A stretch of 64,000 nt of DNA from the NCBI GenBank assembly GCA_016748015.1, contig JAAOMT010000227.1:286688-350687 (forward strand), written 5' to 3'. Both the position numbers and the translations under genes were made by a program. The stretch comes from Geosiphon pyriformis uo1 (lineage: Eukaryota > Fungi > Glomeromycota). Positions 52,358-64,000 of the stretch are shown piece by piece. The notes below the pieces were generated by a model. The model searched no databases. It had not been told where the DNA came from and saw nothing but the letters and a program-made list of their open reading frames with translations. Every line of letters begins with the position of its first letter. Position 1 is the stretch's first letter.

Positions 52358-52982
52358 ATGGAAATACCACATCATAGCTTAACAATTATTTTAGGCCTTA
52401 AGTTAACAACCATTAGACATGGAAATTATTATTAACAACCAAACAATTTGCTATTGAAACATCAAAAGAAAGACAAAGAATACACCATATCAGCAGTTAC
52501 TAAGGAATGATAAAAACTGGTTAGATAACATAATAAAAAAAGTGAAGAACACTTTTGGGAAAATATCTATTATGACATCAACAAAAGAACTTACAAAAGA
52601 GAATTGGAAGCAATGGACAGAACAACTTCCAATATCATATTGTTACTACCAGTTAGGTCAAAAGTTGAATATTCAGAAATTGTATATTAACAAATCCAAA
52701 AGAATATTTAACCAAAACATAATACAGCAAACTGAAGAATTTATTGAAAAGAAAACAAACTCAACACTACATGTGAAAACAATTTACTAACTACACAACA
52801 TATTTTAGAACTATCCAGAAATATTGTTACATTCTGACATGGAAATTATAACTATTAACCAATAGGGAAGAATAAACAATACACAAATAGAAGACATAAA
52901 AAATAAAATCAAACAAACAATACTAGAAAAAGAAATATTAGAGCTAATTCAGAATGAAGATTTTGATAGAGCTCAATATTAA
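52358..52982 (+). pseudogene. Element B ORF3 (divergent homolog)
   Basis: ATG GAA ATA start; LTKENWKQWTEQLPISYCYYQLGQKLNIQKLY..YPEILL..DFDRAQY*. Confidence 0.75.
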
Positions 52983-52998
52983 AAAAAGGAAAGAATAA

Positions 52999-53884
52999 TA
53001 TTACTTATAAAAAGAAAACAGATATAGAAAAATAGTAGACCAATAAATGAATAGTATTTTAGTATGTGAGCACATTATTCAGCAATGTAGAACAATGACA
53101 GAAATCATAACACATTGCTTAGCAATGTGGAGCAATGTTAGAAAGCATAACACATTGCTCAGCAATGTGAAGCAATATTAGAAAATTAGGGCACATTGCT
53201 CAAAAAAATCATAACATATTGCTTAAGAATGTAAGCGATCTCATAGAATATCAATTATGTATATATAGCAGTAATGTTAGAAGTAAAAAAAAGGAGAATT
53301 AAATAGTTAGAAACCATTCACATTACAAATATCAATAAATAATTATTTACTATTTCAATTCACTTTCCACTATTAACATTTCATGTTGATAGAGATTGAT
53401 ACTTAACTACACTAAAACAATAGTTCTTGATCATAGCTATTGATAAGATATTAACTTACAAATGTCTTGGCTTATCTTTTTTTTTTTTTTTTCTTTTCTT
53501 TATCTTCTTTTCTTTCTTTAATTTTATTGTTGCTCACTAATTGATTAAAGATTAAAGTGCTGAGTTATTGACATCAAGGATAACCTGGTAAAAGATCCCA
53601 AAGGAAGAGTATAGGAATTAGGTACTTAAGAATAGCTTATTAGAAGGGCATCTCTGCCAAGTTTACTGGCCACCATACTGAAAAAGAAATTCGATGGAAT
53701 TGCAATTCTGAGAGGCTACTGGAAAGATAATACTATTAAATCTCTGTTCATTATACAAAAAACTCCAACTCAAAACCTTTAAATAAAACAACACCTTCAG
53801 ATATTACCAACAACATTATATTAATTGAGCACCAAATTACAGGTTTGTTATTTGCTTTGAGATTCCAAATAATCATCTATAACA
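52999..53884 (+). repeat. 3' LTR of element B
   Basis: Collinear with 23539-24442; terminal TG has decayed to TA. Confidence 0.92.
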
Positions 53885-54773
53885 ATGTATATGTTATTAG
53901 TGTTAATTGTTGCAATTGTTGTGAATTTTAATAATAGATAATGGGGTTTGAAACTACTGGTGAATTGATCTGAATAACTAGAGATAAGTTTTGTTGAATA
54001 ATAAAAGAAAAATTTGGATTGATTGAATTTTGCTAAGCTTGAATTATTAAAGTTGGTATTTCTGGGTTTTCAGAAATTAGGTTTTAAATATTAACTTCTC
54101 GATTGCTATCTTTTTTCTTAGAATTGGTTATTTTTTAAGGACTAGTATTTCTGAAATCTGGTTGTGGTAATGATAATTAATATTCTAATGATGTGGTCAG
54201 TCATAAATTAAATCCTTCAAAATAATTGCTATAAGTTTCTAATAATTTAGTTTTTTTTTGTTTACTTTAAAATAAAATTCTAGTTAATGGTGTTTTCATA
54301 TTTACTGTAAATACATGTATTGATGTTATGTTGATAGTACTTCCAGATGTGTAATAGTATGATAGATTAATTGATGAATTGATTCTTGGTTTCTTTCAAG
54401 TAAGTGGTTGTATTAGTATTGGTATTTTTGCTAGTGTTTATAGTCTTTCTTTTTTTTTGTCTGCAAAGATGATAGAAAATTTTTGTTTGATGTACTTTTC
54501 AATTTTTCTGTTTATTTTTGTAATTAGGAGTGCAAATAGATAGTTTTGTGACAGGCTGATGCTTTGGAGTAGTTCACTAAAGAAATTGTTAAAAGCAAAT
54601 TCTGAATTTCTTTGACCCTCTAAGTAATATGCAATTTTTTTGTTGATATAACAATTGAAAGCTGATTTTGCTGGCCAACTATTATTTGTCAATTCAAGAT
54701 GATTTTAGTAATATGAGAATAAAAATTTTGCAAATCCCAAGTGGTTTGTTTCTATTTCTTCTGATTCTGTCAC
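53885..54773 (-). pseudogene. Element A ORF1 5' part (N-terminal extension of Gag)
   Basis: GTG at 54773-54771; NHLGFAKF..WPAKSAFNCYINKKIAYYL..EKYIKQKFSIIFADK is homologous to B, C and D. Confidence 0.8.
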
Positions 54774-54837
54774 TGTTTTGAATAATTGTTGTTGGTGCTG
54801 GTTTTTTGCTAGATTATATCTTATAGAGAGCATCAAA

Positions 54838-55766
54838 TATTACAAATATTTATTTGGGGTTTGAAAACAAATAACAAACCTGTAACTTGGTGCTTAATAA
54901 TTAATATTGTTGGTTATATCTGAAAATTTTCATATTTGAAGATGTTGGTTAAATTCTTTGTATAATAAACAGAGATTCAATAATTGTTTTAATGGCTTTT
55001 CAGAATCGCAATTCTATCAATTCTTTTCTTGGCTTGATGGCCAGCAATTCTCTGGTAAGTAATCCTTAATTTCAAGTATTTACCCTCTCACAAAATCTTT
55101 TATCAAGCAATTTTTAATATCAATAACTCAGCACTTTAATTTTTTAATCAATTAGTAATTTTACAATAAACAAAACAAAAAATAAATAAATAAAAAAATA
55201 AAAATAATAATATAAAGAGAAAATAAAACAAGTCAAGGCAAAAAAGAATTAGTATCCTACTAATAGCCATGATCAAGAGCTATTGGTCTAGTGTAATTAA
55301 GTATTAGCAACTATCAACATGAGTTGTTGATAGGAGAAAGATAGATTGTAAAGATTTAATCAGTATTTTATTGATATTTAATATTTTCACTTCAAGTTAT
55401 AGAATACTATCATATGAAAAAATAAATGAGAATTTGGAACAAAAGGTTTTAATTTAAAGATTCTTAACTAGAAATTCTGCTCTTTCTGCTTTTAATGCTA
55501 CTGCTATATATACATAAATTTTGTTATACAAGATTTTTTGAATTCCTCAATTTTCTAGCCAAGAATCCTGGAATTTCTGGAATTCTGTAATTTCTCAAAA
55601 GAAATCCTAAAATTCTGGAATTTTGCAATTCTTCATATTAGAATCCTGTAATTCTGGAATTTTGCAATTTTTTTAAAAGGAATTCTAGAATTTTACTTTT
55701 ATTATGTCTTCTTCTGATTGGCTAATTTGTGTACTAATACATTATTTCTATATTATATAAGTAACA
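54838..55766 (-). repeat. 5' LTR of element A
   Basis: Begins TGTTAC at 55766 on the minus strand; CCAAT box, GAATT repeats and TATA-like box; followed by decayed PBS TTTGATGCTCTCTATAAG. Confidence 0.9.
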
Positions 55767-56289
55767 ATATTATTAACTATTTTGGAATGCTTATACTTAT
55801 TTCTGTTTTTAATATGTAAATATTTTCAAAATATTATTTCATTCAAAATTAGAAAATTGTAAGTGTGAAATTTCATGAGAATAATTATAAATGAGAAATG
55901 TATAATGACTAACTTAAATACTATAACATTTTTCCACAAAAATATTGGATTAGCCAAATTTAATTTTTTAAACATAAACCAGATTATAAAAACTTCTGAA
56001 TATAGATAAACTGATATGATGGTAAAAATACTAATTTATAAGATAGATAATATTCAAAAAAGTTTTTTTACAATAAACTTAAAAAAAACTTTCAAAGTTA
56101 AATAAAATAAATCTAACTTTCTTGTATGTCATGTGAATATATTCTTTTATTTTAGGCAGAAAATTTATTTATTGGTGTTTTTTATGTAATATCTTTTTTT
56201 ATTGCAGCTTTGTTTTTAAACCTAAAAATCAATTTATTTTATTTTTAATGTTTTATTCAAAATTTAAAAATATATTTGAACACAAAAGT

Positions 56290-59200
56290 TTTATCTAAAG
56301 AAATCAGTCCATGCTTTTCTATATAGGCATGATGTTTGACACAAACCAATCATATCTCATCTCTAAAAGTGAGGCCAAGAGAATGTGTAAAATTAACAAA
56401 CTTCAAACATGCTACCTTGGGATTATGGAAGACAGAGACAGCTTCACAAAACCAATTATCAAAAACAAAACCCTTAAGAAGAGCCATGGACACTGAGGAC
56501 CCTAAAACACAAGACAACAACAACTGCAATAAACATGAAAAAGAGACAAAAAAACCAGAAAGTGTTTTCCAAGTGTTCATGTGAGAATCCAACAACCAAT
56601 GCCGAACAGAACCATTGACCTTACAAGAAAAAACATGATACAACACCTCTATGTCGCCACAATATAGACACAATATACTGAAATAAAGTCTATTATAAAG
56701 CCATTTTTGAACAGCCACAAACAACTGATGATGCAAAGCCTTTATAAAATAAGAGCGCGCATTAGCTGAAATTCTGCTAGTAAAACTAGTGGCCATATGC
56801 AAATCAGGATGCCACAACAAAGAAGAGCAATACCAATCAATATCAGCCCACAAGTTGTCAGGCAAAAATTTAGAACCAGACCCCACTTCCCAATGTGCAT
56901 GACACATGGCATGAAAAGTGTTATGGACAAAGTGCCTTGAATTGCCAGAGACAATGTTGCCATTAGCCATCAAAAAGTGTTCATCCAGGTGAGGAGAAAG
57001 AAACCAGTCAGAAACAGAATCAGCACTGGCAATTACATCAGCATGTTCGTTTTCCAAAACCCCAGAATGACCTTTGACTTTGTGCCAAGTAACATTTAAG
57101 ATCTTACTGGAAATGACGTTGACAATGTGCCGACGCTCAATCCAACATCGATTCTGGAAATCAGGAGCCACCATATCTAATTCCGATTTACAAGCATCCA
57201 AAGCAGACTGACTATCCGAAAACAAATGGACATTACTAAAAACAGGAACACACTCAAAAGCCAACGCAATTGCCTGCAACTTAGCCATGGTAGATGACAT
57301 CAAGCCAGACACACCAACACCCAAACTCATACCAATGTCCTTGAAAAAAGCCGCAGCACCCGTTTTACAGCCAATTGTACCCAAATTTCTCAATAACCCA
57401 TCAGTATAGACAGACAACACCCTTGTATTAATCTGCGAAAGACGATCACAGATAAACATAAAGCCAGAAAAACCCAGAATGTCCAAAAGACTAATATTAG
57501 CAAGAACTGGAATATGAGCAGGAGAGGAATTCTCACCAGCAAGAAACACAGTAGAAAGCCTGAACCACTCAGGAATAGGGCCACAGGGGTCCAGTTTCTT
57601 CTATCGCTTAAATGTGGACCAATCAAAAACTGTACCATGATGATCATGAAGTTGGTCTACAAAGACCACATCATACCACTGAAGCAAAGAGAGACACCCA
57701 GAGAAAACTGATTCATCCAAAACAGTTGACATGAGCATCTCACCATTGACACGAAAGGAATTGGCAAAGAATCCACTCAAAGACAATTTGCAATTATAAA
57801 GCATGTGAACCACACTCATCAGAAAATTATTAGAGGCGCTAACACGAATGCGAACAGGAGAACTCAATGAATGAATAGAGTGCCAACATAAAACCTGTAG
57901 ATCATAAGACCTATGAGAGAACAAATGTCCCACAATCCCACCAGAGTTAGCAAAATTAATAAGAGAAGCAACTTTGTCTTCAGACTGAATCTGCAGAAAA
58001 AATTTTAAATCATAAAAGAAGGAGTGATGAATTGAATTACTAGGAAAGTTGAGTGGAAGTCCAGATTTGAGCTTTAGACCCTTACAAATCATAGCATCCT
58101 ACTTGTTACAAATACTAATAGGAACAAAGCTAAATTGTGTCCTATAGCTAATAATAAGTTGGAGAACCACTGAAACCAAATATAAGAACTGCTTATCTGA
58201 GATAGCTTTTTTTAGAACCAAATTTGTAAAGAAATGAATGTTCGAATGCACTTTAGCTAAACTAGGTTTGAAAAGACTCTCAGTTAACAGAAATATGTCC
58301 AGATACTGATGGAATTCACCTTTCTTGGCAACAGAGATAGGTAAACCACTAATGAAAAAAGCGGGATCTCTAACCCTACAATTGATGGGAATAGCTACAG
58401 TCTTGTCATTGTTTATTGAAATGTCATTAATTTGGAAAAACTTGCTAGCAACATCTAAAATGTGTTGAGTAGCACTCTGTCTACTGCCAACCCAAATTGT
58501 ATCATCAACAAAGACGCCAGCAGCAAAATAAGAAGAAAGTCCAGCCTGCAACTCAACACGACCACTTTTGGAAATGAAATGAGAAATTAGTCTGTACTCA
58601 TACATACTCTCCTGACGCTTGACTTTGCACAAAAGGGGATCATAAAAAATGCATCACAGAAGGGGGGAAAAAACCTCTCCTTGATCTAAACTATCATGGA
58701 TCCGATAACCATCTGTCAAACCAAAATTTGTCATGACTTGATTAGTGCGATCTTTGTGAATGCTGCCAAAAAACCGAATGAACCTGTTGCACATTTTAAT
58801 TCTGACCAGACACTTCTCCAAATGCTCCCAGCCAACTGAATTATACACTTTCCTCATATCCTGTAAGACCAGCCAAAGTTCTCAGTTCTTTTCTAGGGCA
58901 TCTTCAATGACTGAACCAACTGCAAAAATGGGGGACTGTGTTGTCATACCTTTCAACACTGAAAAATTGTCACCATGAAGGACATTATGAGTGCTGCATG
59001 CTGAAGAAATCCTGTCTGAGAGTATTTTGGAGAGAATCTTGCAAGCCATCTCAATCAGTGCAATAAGACGAGTATTTGTAAGAACACTCTCTCATTCATA
59101 TGGTTTGGGAATTATTGAAACCCAAGCTTCCCTTCAGGGGCCAGGAACAGATTTCTCAGACAAACAAGAGTTCAAAAGCACCAAAAGCATATTAAGAACC

Positions 59201-60816
59201 AAAATATCGCAATGTTTCCAAAGCTCATTTGAGATACCTGAAAGGCCAGCAGCTTTGCCATCTGGCAGGTTGGAAACAACCCCAAACAGTTTGTCAAAGT
59301 CAATCAAACCCATTACACCAGAAAAAGCTTCGTTGAAAACATAACCTAAAAGACAATACTGGCAAGACCACTCATCATTAACGTCGAGCACCACTCTTCA
59401 CTTTCTAGTCCAACCTTTCATAATCTCATCTATCTTGGACTTCACTGGAGCAGGATCCAACACCAGCTCATCTCCTACCACCAAATGGTCTAAAACCACC
59501 TTGCGGAAGGGTCGCTCCAAAACACTATGCACAGTATGACTTTTGTTCAACTCAAAACTCTCCATTCTTTTGTCAATCACTGACTTGATCTGAGATTTTT
59601 TGGCATGGTTTGATTCTAACAACTTAGATGAATGATAGGATTTCCTGATCTTGGCCAAAGCTGAACGAATGGCATCAAAATGGAAACCTAAAAGAAAGAG
59701 AGAGTCCACAACAGAAGCATTAACAGAATTAATTCCCTTTCATGTATCAAGTAGAAAAACAAATTTCTCATGAGAAACCAGACAAGAGGCTTTGACAATC
59801 TTCAACACCAAAAGTTCTAATTTGTAAAATCTGGATGAAACTCTATTATAGACACTGTCGAAACTCTTAAACCACTTTTTTTTGAAAACGTTCTCAGCTG
59901 ATAAACACACCACTTGGCAAAGATGACTCCATATTGTGTTCAGATCCAAACTCATCTTGGCAGCATAAAACTTATCATGGAACATGACAGCATTTGCTGA
60001 TGTATCCTCTTTAAATTTGATCTATTCAGCATCACTAGCATCCACAAAATTGTACTTCCAACAATTCTTATTCGCTTGTCTGCACAATGAGTTTAACTGC
60101 ACATCTAGCAAACCACCAAGACCCACAGAAACAAAAACAGCTTTATGATCAGTATCAAAATACTCTTCAACACCAGACACATTATGATCCAGAATTGTGT
60201 TAACTAGACTTAATGACACAAACACATAATTAATAATTTTAGCCACTCCACGAGAATTGGCCCACGTAGCTTCCTTTCCAAACAAGTTACCACTCAAGGA
60301 GTTGACCAAACCCAAATCAAAACATTTTCTGAAGCTGGCACTTTTGCGAGAACCATCTTCATTGAAATCACCACCCAAAATGATGAAAGAAGACTCATTT
60401 ACTGCCCTCGCAATCAAAGAATTAATATCATCTGCCTGAAAAAAACGTACTGCCAAAGATGATCGAGCATATAGCTCTAAAACTAACACAGACAGTTTAT
60501 TTCTGAAGAGAAGCTTGATAGAAAGAAACCAGCCAGGAATGTTCGAAACCTTACACATATGCCAAGCCAAGAAATTGTTCATAATGATTGCGACCTCAGA
60601 ACCCATGTAACCAGAATTCAAACCAGAAGTAAAAACCCGAATGCCAACAAACTTGTTCATGATCCAAGAGCGAATTTCATCTTTCAACTTAGTCTTAGTA
60701 ACAATTAAAATCATATTGTTTATTTCTTTATGCCAACGAATAATATCCTTCTGTTTTGCAGGATTGTTCATTTCCCTAACATTGCACATGGCAATTTTCC
60801 AAATATAACTGGTCAT
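56290..60816 (-). pseudogene. LINE ORF2: AP endonuclease, reverse transcriptase, RNase H, C-terminal CCHC
   Basis: WKIAMCNVREMN, GGDFNE, FDTDH (APE); DMRKVYNSV, QGEVFSPLL, FVDD (RT); VYTDG, FSDSQ, WHKVKGHSG..NEHAD (RNase H); CLYCG..HVFSC. Confidence 0.9.
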
Positions 60817-62711
60817 TAAGACAAGAAGAGGACCAAAGAACCCAAGCCAGCACACATCTGCTCTAACTTTGCCAAAATTGAGCCAATAAAGACATCGAGG
60901 GCAACCAATTTCAACTCTAAAATGCTAATTTTAAAAGTCAGCACCTTGGAACTGCTCAGACCCAATTGAGAATTGTCAATGCCAGAAGAAAGAGAAATAG
61001 GCTGAATTAAGAGAACATCCAACACCATGTTGGAACCCAAGTCAAAGTTAGCAACCAAAAGAAAATTAGAGACGGATAGGAAAGGAGTACCTACAGAAAG
61101 AATCACACTAGAAGGAGGAGCTAAAGACACCAAACTGAGATTGTCAAGATGATGAAGAATGTTTAAAATTCGATCAGATAAAAGCTCTACAGAACATTCC
61201 AGACGTGCTAAACATGTACCCAAGGGGGAATTGACCATAGAAAGAGGGGGGGTACCACTAGAACTTGAAACACCAAAGGGCAGAGAACCAGAACCAGAGC
61301 CATCACAAGAACCATGAGAGACTGAAGCAACTGAGACCACTTGGGCCCAGGATTTGCCTCCAAAAGCAACAGGACAAGAGATCAGAATCTTTTTTTTAGC
61401 ATATAATTTGGCCAACTGAAGATGAGTATCCAAGTTAGCAGGCTTTTTAAATGACTTGGGTGACTGAGAAGCTGACACAACCTTAGCATTACATTCCAAG
61501 ACAGAATAACCAAACTTTCCACACCAGTTACAGCGAATTAAATCTAACCTAGCCCATAAGAGTTTCACACTACCAAAGATTGGCTCCATGCGAAAAGCTG
61601 ATTCCATAGCTTTGTCAGATTCAAAACAAATCATAGCACAGCGAGTTCTATTGCCAGTCTCCAATGAATGATTGATGACACAAGTTTTCTTACCAGCCCC
61701 TTCCAAAAGAGTTCCAAGATCATGAGCTGTCATTCCCATAAGCAATGTAAACAGAAGCACCCTGAATTGATCCCTAAAAGCCCATGTCTCACGATCTTTC
61801 ACAGCCTTGGCCACACGCACAGAATCTTTCCCAATCAGGAATGATCATTTTGATGCTAACAGATCAGCCTGGCTAGATTTGGCGAATTTCATTACAGCCT
61901 TCTGCCACATTTCAATCAGCTGAATTTTGATTGATTTAATTTCCCCAAATTCAGACACTGCGGTGACGATCATTTCCTTTGGTATATCCATGGGAATTTT
62001 TTTGATGACTATGGCCCGATCTGAGCAAACTCTTTGTCTCTTAAGATCACTATTTACTATGATGTTATTTGCTCTGACTAATGATGTGGTCTTTTCCATG
62101 CTTTCAGATGAAGTAAACATTGATCAGATGATCCCTTCAAATTTTGAGAGGGTAGTAGCCCCTCTCCAAAGCCATTGATTATTGAAAATAATTTTCTTAT
62201 AACCTGAGTTTTGGCCATTGCCGATTTCCCTTCTACAGCTAAAAGATTGATGTCCAAAGCGAAAGATTTTTTCACAGACATCTCAACCTGAGTTTTACCA
62301 ATTTTAGGATCAATCCACTTCTTATCCAGAGGGATAGACATGCGAAGAGGAAGCACAATCTCATTATCATCCATAGTAAAGTCAGGAGAGCCAAGTGGAG
62401 AAAAACACTGTACCAGTATTAACACATTTCGCTTTGGGAGTGGTTACAGCTAAACCCAGAAGAGATCCTCCATGCACATCTGTCATGCCAACATCCTCAT
62501 CATCACCAGACAGACTATCTACATTAGAGTACACACTATCACCAGACCCAGATTTACTCAAAGAGATATCTTTCTTATTACCAGAATGTTTAACATTGCC
62601 AAGAACTACTCTTTTTTTTTGAGCAAAAAAACCACCAGCAGGACCATAGAAAGCACCTTTAGGCACTTTCTTTTTTGACATATCACCACCTGAAACAGTC
62701 TTTAAATCTAT
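60816..62711 (-). pseudogene. LINE ORF1 (RRM-like region, zinc knuckle, coiled-coil-like tail)
   Basis: IVIKKIPMDIPKEMIVTAVSEFGEIKSI (RRM-like); CNWCGKFGYSVLEC knuckle; fragments 62382-62681, 62078-62425, 61845-62120 and 60816-61820. Confidence 0.82.
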
Positions 62712-63168
62712 GATGAAGAGGTTATTGTTTAAGAAAATGTTGAAAGAAAACTAACAAAAAATAAAAAACTTCTTTTTCAAAAAATGCGCTTTTTTGAGGA
62801 TCTTTGGAGGTAAGAGAAAAAGAAAGAATTACTATTAATATTTAATTTTTTGTATTTTTTCTATAAAAATAATAATTTTGGATATTTACTACTAAAATTA
62901 TAATAAATTTTATTTGAATATAATTAATTTGTTTTTTAGTAATTATTATAGATAATTTGAAAAATAATTTTAAATTTAACATTAATTTTTAAAATATTTG
63001 TTGAATGTTTTAAAAAAAATTATTAAAAAAAATTTTAAAGTATAAAAAAAAATTATTTTTTGTATATAAAATTTTTTTTTGTTGTTAAATTTTTATGTAA
63101 CTTTAACTTGTTTTTATGTAATTGTTTTTGTTATTTTTAGATTATAAAAATAATTTAAAATAATTAAA

Positions 63169-63545
63169 NNNNNNNNNNNNNNNNNNNNNNNNNNNNNNNN
63201 NNNNNNNNNNNNNNNNNNNNNNNNNNNNNNNNNNNNNNNNNNNNNNNNNNNNNNNNNNNNNNNNNNNNNNNNNNNNNNNNNNNNNNNNNNNNNNNNNNNN
63301 NNNNNNNNNNNNNNNNNNNNNNNNNNNNNNNNNNNNNNNNNNNNNNNNNNNNNNNNNNNNNNNNNNNNNNNNNNNNNNNNNNNNNNNNNNNNNNNNNNNN
63401 NNNNNNNNNNNNNNNNNNNNNNNNNNNNNNNNNNNNNNNNNNNNNNNNNNNNNNNNNNNNNNNNNNNNNNNNNNNNNNNNNNNNNNNNNNNNNNNNNNNN
63501 NNNNNNNNNNNNNNNNNNNNNNNNNNNNNNNNNNNNNNNNNNNNN
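63169..63545. other. Assembly gap (N run)
   Basis: Continuous run of N. Confidence 1.
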
Positions 63546-64000
63546 AATTAATTGGTAATATTGCTGTTTTTTATAAGTTAAATATGTTTTATTGTATTTT
63601 ATTTTAGTGTTTAATATATTAATAACACTAATATAATAAAAATATTCTATTTTTGCTTAAAATCAGTTAAGATTTTGGTTAATAATTTACAAAATATTCT
63701 GCTAAAACGTTTTATAAGTTTATTTGTTTGTAAATAATAAGATAATAATAAAAATTTTTTGATATTAAATTGTTTATAAATTTTTTATATTAAGTTAAAT
63801 ACAATGTTACTAAAAGTATTTTGTCTTTTTTTTAATGTTGTTAATGCTGTTTTGCTATTAATTCTTTGTTAATAGAAGCTAATAAACTTTTAATAAGCTA
63901 ATTTATTTTCTAAAGTATTTTTTTATACTTTGAATTATGTTTTACTATTGAATTTATAATAAAATAGCCAATTACTAATATAGTTATTTTATAATTAAAA

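Larger units (their letters stand above)
23539..53884 (+). mobile_element. Ty3/Gypsy element B, inserted in A's gag and itself interrupted by C and D
   Basis: LTRs at 23539-24442 and 52999-53884; TSD GTGT/ATGT. A's gag motif (P)MAYAPIAKIEKF is rejoined across the insertion. Confidence 0.93.
15464..55766 (-). mobile_element. Ty3/Gypsy LTR retrotransposon A (outermost, most decayed), interrupted by element B
   Basis: LTRs at 54838-55766 and 15464-16358; TSD ATAT (15460-15463 / 55767-55770); decayed PBS just inside 54837; PPT ~16359-16374; gag-PR-dUTPase-RT-RH-IN remnants on the minus strand. Confidence 0.9.
56280..62830 (-). mobile_element. Non-LTR retrotransposon (LINE) with RNase H, decayed; ends approximate
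   Basis: ORF1 followed by ORF2 with APE, RT, RNase H and zinc finger in LINE order. No clear poly(A) tail or TSD. Confidence 0.9.

Overview
Eukaryotic, very AT-rich, repeat-dense DNA. It has GT-AG introns and no prokaryotic genes; the gene and TE families resemble those of early-diverging fungi such as Glomeromycotina (inference only). (1) 1-4966: an intron-containing pseudogene with a PD-(D/E)xK/REase-like C-terminal region. Its 5' half and upstream region are duplicated head-to-head as a ~3.7-kb palindrome (1283-3103 / 3113-4966), and each arm carries a 131-bp hairpin-rich tandem array. (2) ~5600-15460: eroded AT-rich DNA with a 35-bp minisatellite. (3) 15464-55766: four full-length Ty3/Gypsy LTR retrotransposons of one family, nested as A(-) containing B(+), which contains C(+) and D(+), each with a 4-bp TSD. 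All four share an unusual three-ORF layout. ORF1 probably starts at GUG and encodes an N-terminal extension, Gag, zinc knuckle, protease, Cys-rich domain, dUTPase, RT and RNase H, ending at a conserved stop. The integrase is a separate ORF with its own AUG. An unknown ~209-aa ORF3 ends at the PPT. (4) ~56280-62830: a decayed LINE on the minus strand (ORF1; ORF2 with APE, RT, RNase H and zinc finger). (5) An assembly gap at 63169-63545. All TEs are inactivated by pervasive C>T/G>A transitions. Comparisons were made by eye; no database searches were run.
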